Part shown: piece by piece, positions 27,081-37,499 of the stretch | Numbering within the stretch: position 1 is the stretch's first letter | Layout: each line of letters starts with the position of its first letter | NCBI RefSeq assembly: GCF_963921235.1 | Contig: NC_086107.1 | Coordinates: 100,256,001 to 100,320,000 of the forward strand | Source of the DNA: Mobula hypostoma | Lineage: Eukaryota | Direction: 5' to 3' | DNA: 64,000 nucleotides | The notes under the pieces: generated by a model | The model's database searches: none | What the model was told of the DNA's origin: nothing | What the model saw: the letters and a program-made list of their open reading frames with translations, nothing else | Program-made: the position numbers and the translations under genes

Positions 27081-28849
27081 TGAAGTGAAGCCTGCAGATA
27101 TCCAACTAAGAACTTACACTCGAGAAAAGATAACTCCTGTGGGAATGACATTCCTAACCGTGAAATACAACAACCAAGAAGCCACTTTGGGCTTGTATGT
27201 GGTAAAAACAGGCAGGCCCGCACTGGGGCCTTGATTGGATGAAGACAACTACAACTTGATTGGAGACCCAGCCACGATTTGCTTGCTACATCTCCTCCAG
27301 TAAAGTCAACTGAAAGCGAATTAAGAAAGGTACTGGATGATGCCACAGCAGTGTTTGAAGGATGGCATTGGAAAACTCAAAACTATCAAGGGTAAAAAAG
27401 TGTTAAGTGAAAATGTCACATCCAAGTTTTACAAAGCCCATCCGATTCCTTATACCATCCATATAAAGTAGCCAGTGAGGTTGATTGCATAGAAGCTGAA
27501 GGAATTCTTTCCAAGATTGAGTAGTGCCCATAGGCATTGCCAGTGGTTCCAGTAGCCAAGTCAGGATCTATGGTGATTTTAGGGTCGTCATCAACTGAAG
27601 ATAGATTAATACCTCTGCCCAGGATTGACTATATATTTGCAAACCTTTCTGGAGGGAATCACCTCATCAAAGTGGACTTTGCTGAGGCCTAGCTACAGAT
27701 GGAGATGGAAGAAGAGTCCAAAATGCTTTTCACCACGAAGGGCTTTATCGTATACAGTAATAGGCTTATTTTTGGAGTAGCATCTGCACCTGCACTTTGG
27801 CAGAAATCTACGGACCAGGTGCTGTAAGGCTGCCCAGGCATTCAGTGTTACCTCGATGACAGCAGGTAGGAAGACAAGGAACATCTGCAAAATTTCAAGA
27901 TAGTGTTAAAAAGATTAGAAGATTATGAGCTCCGAGCACGACACATGAAGTGTGAATTCTTTAAACCAAACATCGCTTACCACTTGAGGGTTTCTCACAC
28001 AAGGAGGTTTTATGTGTCACTCTTGGACAAGTAGTCCTGGCGAGGATCTACAAAAGTGGTTACTTGGAAAGATTAGGGACTGAACTGGACCACTCTCCTA
28101 CACAGTGCAGATTGCGTCTGATGTTACCTGGAAACAACACATCGGTCAGCTGAGGAGAGCAAAGTCAGCTGTTAGAGAATAAAGGTGACCAAAGCTGTCA
28201 GAGCTACTTCCTGCAGTCCCAGAGTCAACTCGTACAACCACCAGAGAGGAGGCCCCAAGACCTGCGATTGTTTTACAGCCACAGGTCTCACCTGCCAAGC
28301 AGACTGAACACCCCTTGTCAGGATATATGTTATCTCCCAAGAGTAAGAAACCAGCCACAGCAATTAAATCTTTAGATCAAAATTAGACAATTTAAAATTT
28401 ACTATACTGCTGATGTCTATATAGTTGTTATATTATATAGTATTGTGTGTGTATATATACTAAAATAGTATATATACTCTATGACTAGAAAGCTACATAT
28501 TACATGGTTAAGTTAAAAAATGTTCTATATTGAGCTGGAGTTTATAGCTAAGCAAGGAGTGTAGTGTATTTAATATTTCAGTAATATTGTAAATATATTT
28601 GTATGTTAAATTTAAGATGGCTTCGTTATATACGAGCCAATGTAACTGAGCGTTACATATTGTTTAAGCATTGTTTACATACTTCATTAAGGGCCATACG
28701 TAAGAAGTATGTGAATATATCATTGCACCACCACATCATATGGGAGTGCCTCGCTAAAGAAAAGGAAAGAAAAACTAGGGAGACAAATATTCTGGGCTCC
28801 TTTGTTTTTCTTTCAATTAGTTTCTCGAGTTACAGCACCCACTGGAGTT

Positions 28850-29760
28850 GATAAGTAGAAGGAAGGATCTTACTGAAACCTATCGAACATTGAAAGGCCA
28901 AGATTCTGTGGATGTGGAGAGAATGTTTCCTAAAGTGGGTGAGTCTAGAACCAGAGGACACAGCCTCAGAATAGAGGGATGTCTATTTAGAACAGAGATG
29001 AGGAGGGATTTCTTTAGCCTGAGGATACAGGAATCTGTGGAATTCATTGCTACCGATGGCTGTGGAGGCCAAGTCATTGGATATATTTTAAGCAGCAGTT
29101 GATAGTTTCTTGATTAGTCAGGACGTCAAAGGTTACGGGGAGAAAGCAGGGGAATAGGATTGAGAGGGATAATAAATCAGCCATGTTGGAATGGTGGGTC
29201 AGACCTGATGGGTTGAATGGCCTATTTCTCCTTCTATGTCTTATGGAGGAAGGTTCCTGGCCACACTAGTCAGGGCACGGAGTACAGAACATGGGATGTT
29301 ATGTTGCAGTTGACAAGATACTGGTGAGTCCACATTTGGAATATCATGTTCAATTTCGGTTGCCTGGCATTGGAAAGATGCCATTAAGCTGCAGAGATTT
29401 AACAGGACTTGAGGGACAGAGTTACAGCAAGCACATTGGGACTTTATTATTTGAAGCATAGAATAAAGGCGAGTTTTTAAGAGGCGTACAAAATCATAAG
29501 GGAATAGTTTGGCGAATGCAGAGTACCCCCACTCCCCGCCCCAGGGTTGGATAATCAAGAACTAGAGGGCACAGGTTTAAAGTAAAACGGGGGAGATTTC
29601 ACAGGAATCTGAGGGGCAACGCTTTCAGAGTATATGGAATGCGCTTTCTAGGTGAAGTGGAACTTACGGTATTAGAAAGGAGCTTGGACAGGTTGACGAA
29701 TGGGAAGTGGACTACGTTAGATGGCAATCTTGATCGACAGGGACCAGTTGGCCGAGGCTA
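28850..29760 (+). mobile_element. Two adjacent CR1 3' fragments upstream of the RPSA promoter
   Basis: DLTETY..MFPKVGESRTRGHSLRI with a tail at about 29240, followed by an older degenerate copy. Confidence 0.75.
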
Positions 29761-29882
29761 ACGATTATTATCATTAAACGATTAGAATCCCGAACCCCAG
29801 ACCGACTCCGACCCTGCCGGACAGGACTGCCGCCTACCGGGCCTCAAAAAGCCTCAGTCCGGGCGCCGCTCCGGCACTAACC

Positions 29883-29980
29883 CCGGAAGTGAACGGCCGC
29901 AGAGCTGCGAGATGATTGGCTGGAGACAGCTCCGGTCACCTATATAATAACGTCACTTCCTCCATTAGGCCTCTTTACCG
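29883..29980 (+). promoter_or_regulatory. RPSA: RPSA core promoter: ETS/GABP site, inverted CCAAT, TATA box, TCT (5'TOP) initiator
   Basis: CCGGAAGTG 29883-29891; ATTGG 29915-29919; TATATAA 29941-29947; CTCTTT at 29971, 30 nt after the TATA start, as in ribosomal protein genes. Confidence 0.85.
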
Positions 29981-30007
29981 CCAGGCCTCCACACGGCGTT
30001 ACACGGA
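29971..30007 (+). other. RPSA: RPSA non-coding exon 1 (predicted)
   Basis: Begins at the TCT motif and ends at donor GA|GTGAGT (30008). Confidence 0.75.
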
Positions 30008-31078
30008 GTGAGTGTGTGCGAACGTATTCGTTTTTCCTCAGCACATATAAATCCTTCATTGACCCGCTAATTAGGATTTAAAACGCGCATAATGACGTAA
30101 AGGCCCGATGCTAACATCAGTGATCAAAATAAATTGTGGGGTGTGCCGGACGGGTAGGCCGCAGGCTTTGGCGCTGCCTGGTGGGTTCCGGCCGAGGCCC
30201 TGCCGTCGGGTGCTCCTGGAGCTGAGTCTGTTTCCTCGAGGCCTTGGCCGGACAGGATTCAGGACGTGATGACTTCGCTTTTGGGTTCGGGGTTACTGAT
30301 GGCCTATCCCCGGGGCCTCGGTAACACGTGAACCGAACGTAGTATCAGTGTCGGCTGGTTCATCGCTCGTCAGCGTGTGGTGGTGGGCCACTCGCCAAAG
30401 CCTTTACCACTGTGCGACTAGGAGTACCAGGACTTCGGTCTTGTAACACACAATACTGCAGCAAAAAAACAGTACTGGGAAGAAATGAGTTGGTTAGGCC
30501 TAATTTTTTTTTACATTGAAGTTCAAGGTTTAGACTCGAAAAGTTTAGTTAAAACAGGGAGAAGGCGAACGTGCTTGTTTTCAGACACAGTGGTGTAGAA
30601 AGGACAGAGGGAACATATTTGGGGTAGATTGGGTTAACGTGGCAATTAATATGCTGTATTGTCTGCACTGATTGACAAATAGTGATTGGAGCTGTTTAGT
30701 GCCTGCTGCTCTCCACCTCGATGATTTTGGGTTAGGGATGTGTTGTCAAAACAAGTCTAAACTGCCCTGTGGCCTACAGAGTCTGCTCCTGCCTCTGGAA
30801 AATGTGAAGACTTCTGATTACGTTCGCGATTAGGGTTGAGCCTGGGGCTGGGAGGCAGTGGGTCTGTTTTGGCTGCATTAGTTTGGATGGTTCAGTTGGA
30901 AAAAATTCATAGCTTGGGCTGGTGGTTGTCACTTGCAAGATACATATTCTTTAATTGGAGTATGACATCTAGTTTTAACAGCAAATGCTTAACTAATTTT
31001 GCAAGTATAAGGAAAAATATGTCTTGATAGTTTGTAAACACTCAATATCATATATATGCATATTGATATAGAGGCACA

Positions 31079-31859
31079 CAGTGTACTCTGGTTTAAAAGG
31101 GACGCATCAGGGCCTGTGTGTTTTGGCCCAATTCAGTAGCTGCCCCAATTAGCCAAAGTTTCAAGGAACACTTTAAACACTTAATTAAAAAAAAGATGAA
31201 CTACGATTTTACATAGTAGCAAATTATATATTTAACTGACATGCAGAACAAATTAAAACACAATAAATACTACTACAGTATTTTAAAACTGTAGTTTGTA
31301 ATATTTATCGATAGAGAAAATCATCCAGTTTACATTACCTGGTACTTTTGATGGACAACATATCAGTGCAGATAATGGACTGCCTTAATATAATGTGTTC
31401 AACTATTACATCCTCCAAATTTTCATCTTAACATTCAAGATGATTGTCAATATCTTAATTCTTCGAAGTTTCTAACTTGTTGAAGTAGTGAAATAATTTC
31501 ATTTTCTTACTTAGTCATTTCTGGCATCTTCAAACATCAGTGCTTGAAACTGCATTGAGCAAAACAGTTCTGAATTACTGCTGATTTCTCAGCAGCTATG
31601 AGTGACAAAAATCACTGCTTTTTAAAAATCGCAACATAGGCATCTGATGCTACTTTAAGTGCTCTGTAAGCACTGTGTGGTGTCTGATGCTCACACAAAT
31701 TTGTTACTGATGCTAGTTAGAAACTGGCACCCGTCTCCTGCATAGTGTCCAAATTAAAGGGAATCCCTTCTATTGGTTGTGATTATTTTTGTTCTTTAAG
31801 AGTTGTCGCAAAAAGCAGCTGCCCTGATTGCCCAGTTAACTGGAAACTGGAATCCACTG
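31079..31859. mobile_element. Non-autonomous Tigger-like DNA element in RPSA intron 1
   Basis: Termini CAGTGTACTC.../...GAATCCACTG; colinear with a second copy at 61793-62375. Confidence 0.7.
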
Positions 31860-31996
31860 TGTGTGAGATCATTTCTCTACTGTAGTATTACGATGTTATT
31901 AATGCTAGGTATTTCTGAGTGCTCTATATTTGAGATTCTGGTGTCTATTTAACACATTGAACTCTCATCCCTCAGGTTACCCATCGTTGCTTTTAA

Positions 31997-32152
<156 letters not shown>

Positions 32153-32409
32153 TAGACTCAGTCAAAAGGGGGGGAGGGGGGAAATAGGCTGAAACCATTG
32201 CATAGTTGCCAACATGTAGAATTATTGTCAATTTACATAATAGAATGTAAAAGCACCATTTCACAGACATTTTGGGGGGAAAATATCTAATTTTTGCCCT
32301 CCTGAAGCTATAATCTGTTTATATGTTGAGATGGTGTCTGTGTTTCAGTGCTGTAATATCCTAGAAATGTCCATATAACCTAATTTTTGGTGGTGTGTCT
32401 CTCAGTCAC

Positions 32410-32564
32410 TGCACATCCTTAAAACTCAGTGCCAAGGTCAGTTTCTGGCCAATTAACTCTTGAGTGTCGGAGATGTGCTACAGTAAAAGTGGCAGGTATT
32501 TCGCTAACACCACAAGAGTCTCTGGCTCGATGAGTGGGGTTTGATAGTGTTTCCTGTCACAAGG
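32410..32564 (+). ncRNA. SNORA6: H/ACA snoRNA, SNORA6/SNORA62 (E2) family, copy 1 (SNORA6-like), intron 2
   Basis: TGCACAT...ATGTGCT 5' stem, H box ACAGTA 32480-32485, TTTCGCTAACACC..GGTTTGATAGT 3' hairpin, ACA 32559-32561. RPSA is the known host gene. Confidence 0.9.
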
Positions 32565-32890
32565 CATCACTTGAGATTGGAAATGGTGAGTATGGTGCTG
32601 TTTGCTGACAGTTGAGTTTGAGCTACAAAGAGGCAGAAGGTGTAGTTTTGAACTACTTTGCAATGTGGTTGGTGTATGGATAAGTCAAGTTTAAAACCAA
32701 CCAGCTCACCTCCGGAACTGTATGCAGTCAGCCTTATCTACTCAGACGAATGGGCTCAAATCCAGGCTGTGTGGAGCATTTTTGTAAGATTGTTTGACTA
32801 GCATGTTGTAATCAGAAAAACAAATTTTATCTCAGTGAAATGCCTCCTTACATACTGAGCACTTGTCTTCATGTCGTCCTCTGTTTAGAC

Positions 32891-32962
32891 CAGGGATTCC
32901 CATCCTGGACCCTTCAGTTAATGGTAAGGCTCATTGGCATGAAAAAGGTTGGCAGATATCTG
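32891..32962. mobile_element. hAT-like MITE (about 70 bp), degraded
   Basis: cagggattccc...aaaaaggttgg; related to 35157-35224 and 36401-36471. Confidence 0.55.
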
Positions 32963-33109
32963 TCTCCTGCAGTCCTAGTGGGAATTGGACTTCTGATTAC
33001 ATTGAATTCTTTAGCCCCTCTTCTGTAAGTGTCCCAGAGAACTGAGCTGTGTGACCTTCGTCTTAATATGTTGTTTGGCATATCAAAATTTGTATTTGAA
33101 AATTATTTA

Positions 33110-33345
33110 TGGTAGCCGTTTGCATGGCATTATTACAGCTTGGAATATCCGAGTTCAATTCCTGCATCCTCTGTAAGGAGTATCCCCATGGAATGTGTGT
33201 GTTTCCCCCAGGTACTGTGGTTTCCTACCAAAGTTCAAAGACTGTTAGTTAATTAATTATTGTAAGTTGTCCTGTGATGAGCCTGGGGTTAAATTGGGGA
33301 TGACGAGGGGTGCCGAAGGCCTAATCCACGCCCTGTCTATAAACA
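33110..33345 (+). mobile_element. tRNA-derived V-SINE (HE1-like), degraded
   Basis: B box gagttcaattcc; V-domain remnant ggtttcctacca..caaagac. Confidence 0.65.
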
Positions 33346-33959
33346 AAGGTGAACTGTAAATACACTTGGTTTTTAGGTTATGTTCTTTCCCCCAACATTA
33401 CTGCTTTTATCTCATTTTTTACATACAAGTCACTTCCTTATTAAGAGTTAATCTTGTATCTGCTCCCAGCTCCCCTTTGGGAAATGTATTCCAGATAATT
33501 GTAACTGCAGCCTTTGCAGGTGTTGTACATCTTGTGGCTTTTTGCTGCATAGGTTACTGAGTGTTTAGTAATGAACATACTGGGAATCTGCTAAGGATAA
33601 AAATGCTGGAAATTTTCGGGTCAGGGATTAGGTTCAACTTGGCAAATACTTCCAGCATTTTGTACGTGGATTTTTAAGCCAAAGCCATTGGTGCTTTTTA
33701 AGAAAAGAAATTTTTCTGCCTTTTTCAAAGTTCAGTCTTGACAGATTTATACAGGGAAAATTAGCATGTGTGAAATGAACACCAAATGGGGCTTTGAGAT
33801 AGTTGCTAGACTGCCAGCAGGTTGAAAATTATCACAACCAAAGCTTATTGGGTTCAGATAAACTCGGGGAATTGTAAGCTACAGAGATTCATGGTGTTAG
33901 ATCAATGCTTTATGTTGGTGTTGCCAGGAACTGATTCCAACTCGTTGCTTTTTGGACAG

Positions 33960-34078
33960 GTATCTACATCATTAATCTGAAGAAAACGTGGGAGAAGCTG
34001 CTTCTGGCTGCCCGTGCCATCGTCTCCATCGAGAATCCAGCTGATGTTTGTGTCATCTCTTCCAGACCATTCGGCCAG
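33960..34078 (+). CDS. RPSA: RPSA exon 3
   Basis: [39 protein letters not shown]; 119 nt; AG/GT boundaries. Confidence 0.98.
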
Positions 34079-34137
34079 GTGTGTGGCTCAGACGATTTTT
34101 CCCTCAGCTGTGTTTGAACGGAGGTCTTTTCTAGGAC

Positions 34138-34293
34138 TGCACATTTTTATAGCTTAGGAGGTAAAGCCATTACTTGGCTCATGAACTCCTAAGTGTCGGA
34201 GATGTGCTACAATAACCTGGCAGGTTTTCGCTGACACCTCGAGGGTCCGTGTGGCTCGATGAGTGGGGTTTGATAGTAAATCTTGTCACAATT
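34138..34293 (+). ncRNA. H/ACA snoRNA, SNORA6/SNORA62 family, copy 2, intron 3
   Basis: TGCACAT...ATGTGCT stem, H box ACAATA 34209-34214, ACA 34288-34290; paralogous to copy 1. Confidence 0.9.
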
Positions 34294-34545
34294 GATCCAG
34301 ATTTAGATGATGACGGTACCTCAGTATTGTTGTGTGGTTGATAATTGAAAGTATGTGAAAACTAATAGTCACAGCAGATTGAATGGCAGTTCCTACTGAA
34401 GGGGAATAACATTACTGTGTAGCCTGGGCAGGCCATTTGGCCCACTAGCTGCATGACAGAAATTTAAGATTTGTTGGTAAGGACCTTGGGTATTGAGTGT
34501 ATGTTGTTCTGAGGAGATCATTCTGGTGGTGCCTCACCGTAGTGA

Positions 34546-34902
<357 letters not shown>

Positions 34903-35156
34903 TGATTTTTAACATGAGTGAAAGCTTCTTCCCTGGGATAATGCAATGAATTCTGGTGATAATGCCCCCTGTGTTTAGTGTGTGCCAGCATTGTAAACAC
35001 TTTCCATTGATCTTTCTAACTTGAGTCAACTTCATCTGGTGGAAGGTTTTAGAGGCTGCAGTCTTAGATTGGTTAAAATATGTGAGAATAGAACTATTAG
35101 ACAAGCAGCAGTGAGGAAGGTAGGTGTTAACAGAGAAGGATTTGGAAGCTTTAGAG

Positions 35157-35224
35157 CAAAGGCTCTCATGGACACCTTGCTTAATGGTTTTTGTCCATGG
35201 CATAAAAAAAGTTGGGAACCCCTG
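35157..35224. mobile_element. hAT-like MITE
   Basis: ...ccatggcataaaaaaagttgggaacccctg, the reverse complement of the start of 36401-36471. Confidence 0.6.
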
Positions 35225-35229
35225 CTGTA

Positions 35230-35628
35230 GAGGGTGTGGAGGAGATTAGAGAGTAAGTCTTAATGGGGAAAGATTGAGCAAGCTAGGGCTTTGCTCTTTG
35301 AAGCAAAGGGGAATGTGAGGCGACTCGATGGTGGTGTACACGATGGTAAGAGCAGTCAGTGCCTTTTTCCCCAGGTCAGAAATTGCGATTACGAGAGGGC
35401 ATAATTAGAAGGTGAATGGAGAGAAGTAAAAGGTGTTTTAAACATGGTGGGTGTGTGGAATGCGCTGCCGGGGGCGGTGGTAGAGGCAGGTACATTGGGG
35501 ACATCTAAGAGTCTCTTAGGTAAGTATGTGGATGAAAGAAAAATGGAGGAAAGCTTTAGATTGGTCTTGGATTCAGTTTAACAAGTCGGCACAGCGTTGT
35601 GGGCTGAAGTGCCTGTACTGCTCTGTTC
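35230..35628 (+). mobile_element. Degraded CR1 3' fragment in RPSA intron 4
   Basis: Typical CR1 end: tggaatgcgctgccgggggcggtggtagaggcag...cctgtactgctctgttct. Confidence 0.75.
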
Positions 35629-35891
35629 TGGAGGCAGGTCTGTCTTGTATTTTTAAACGTGACTTTGGTATTGTAGGCCCATTATTTATAGGTCATAGGA
35701 TGCACTATAATATTTTGAGTATGACATCACTAAACGTTAAGGCAAAAGTGGAAAGCAGCAAGTTACTGGAGTTTTGAGGAACTGACGTGTTCTACGGTAC
35801 CTTGCCACCTAATAGCTTAACAGCCTCTAGAAGGATTTGGAGTTAGAGGGAGGTAGCATTTTAGATTGTCCCCAGTTTCAGGTGGCAGGTT

Positions 35892-36039
35892 TGCACATTG
35901 TTAGAACTCGGAGGTGAGACCATTGTGGTCGATGAACTCCGAGTGTAGGAGATGTGCTACATGATCATGCAGGTGCCTTTAACACTGCTCGAGCCTGTGG
36001 CTCAGTGAGTAAGGTTTTGTAGTAACCCCTGCTACAATG
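35892..36039 (+). ncRNA. SNORA62: H/ACA snoRNA, SNORA62 (E2)-like, copy 3, intron 4
   Basis: TGCACATTGTTAGA...GATGAACTC..AGTGTAGG..TGTGCTACATGA matches recalled E2. H box ACATGA 35959-35964; ACA 36034-36036. Confidence 0.88.
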
Positions 36040-36400
36040 CCAGTGTTTTATTATAATGTGTAGGTTCATATTAGTCAGTTTGCTGAGAATCGTTCACCTG
36101 CTCAGAAATGGTAGAATGAAAGGTCCTTTTTCCTTCATGGTATGGAACTGTTTCAACTTGATAATTTTAAAATAAACTCTTCAAATTGTGAGGGATAATA
36201 GTGATTACATATTGGATGAGCCAGCAAGTATTTAATACTTAATTTAGTGAAACACTGAGGTAGCAAATAGGGTTTTACTTTAAGCAGCTATAAAGTGCTT
36301 TGGGAGGTTCTGATGTAAAAGTCTTGGTGTTTCTCAGTTCTTAGTTCCAGGATCTCCATTTCAGTTGAGGTGAGTAGGAAACTGGCTCTGATAACTAGAA

Positions 36401-36471
36401 CAGGAGTTCCCAACCTTTTTTATGCCACGGACCAATACCATTAAACAAGGATCCCAGGTTGCGAACCTCTG
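36401..36471. mobile_element. hAT (Charlie-like) MITE
   Basis: TIRs CAGGAGTTCCCAACC / GGTTGCGAACCTCTG; 8-bp flanks aactagaa / ctctagaa. Confidence 0.7.
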
Positions 36472-36762
36472 CTCTAGAATATATATGAAAAGGTATCCTA
36501 ATAACTATCGCCAGCCTCTCATAATACCTACTGCAGCCGGTAAGTTACTGGTTCTGGTAATGATGACTGGGTTTGTTTTTGCTCTTGTGCAGTGTGTAAT
36601 GAAGGTATATCAACAATTGGCATGCTTTAAGTGATCCCATTCTCCCACGTACTATTAAAGCCCATTTATTCTGTGCACTTTTTAAAAACTGTATCAGTTT
36701 GTTGTTAAGCTGAAGAATGGCAATGAGGGATTTTCTTTTAACAGGTGTGCTTTGTATGTTAG

Positions 36763-36939
<177 letters not shown>

Positions 36940-37499
36940 TAACAGTTTGATTAAATGGCAGGGATTGCTACCTGTTTGGAGTTTTTGTCAGGCCTGCGTC
37001 GCTCAGCACACAGATCCTTAGCCACATGTGAATGTTTGCTCATATTCGGTAAGCAAGAAGATTCATTACTCCCCAGTGACAACTCCCTACAAAGTCAGTT
37101 CTGGGCCAGATAGTGTGCCATGTTTCCCTTACCTGTAGTGTTGTTGCTCAAAGTTGTCTGGATGGGTACAGTTGTAATACTCAAAACGCAACACTTTTCC
37201 AGGACAGCAAGCTTCTTGGGCATCTTACCTATCACTTGATCATTTCCTCCTTCCACCACTAGTGAGGCTGTGGTGCATCATTCAGTTACTAAACCGGACT
37301 ACCAATAGCCCAAGAATGACAAGGATAGTAAGCCCCTGACTTGGGCATATGCCTGTTCCTTCGTTTCCAGTTACAAATCCTAGAACACTCCCTCCAACAG
37401 GACCTTCAGGAAAACTAGCAGCTCTAGGGGCTACTTCCTTGTGCAGGACAGTTGGGCATGGGCAATAAAGCCTTTCCTTGCCAGTGAGGTCCACATCTT

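Larger units (their letters stand above)
20550..28820 (+). mobile_element. Degraded Gypsy/Ty3 LTR retrotransposon interrupted by nested insertions
   Basis: PBS-like ttggtatcag at about 20552. Gag remnants AFDCTTDNWMMY..LLSAIGGKAYSLLRS (20588-20757) resume at about 21582, with a zinc knuckle CYRCGRGSH..DQCRFKG (about 21979). Protease KPADIQLRTYT (27087) and RT remnants (27350-27980). Purine tract followed by TG..CA LTR-like sequence at about 28560-28820. No 5' LTR seen. Confidence 0.8.
29790..30430. promoter_or_regulatory. RPSA: CpG island over the RPSA promoter and 5' part of intron 1
   Basis: Visibly high GC and CpG density compared with the CpG-poor flanks. Confidence 0.8.

Noticed and set aside
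30266..30299. C box (GTGATGA) and D box (CTGA) in intron 1
   Set aside because: The boxes are only about 23 nt apart and buried in a long stem; no terminal stem of C/D type.
36957..37029. Single hairpin GGCAGGGAT/ATCCTTAGCC followed by ACA at the start of intron 5
   Set aside because: No upstream hairpin or H box; at most a decayed half-snoRNA.
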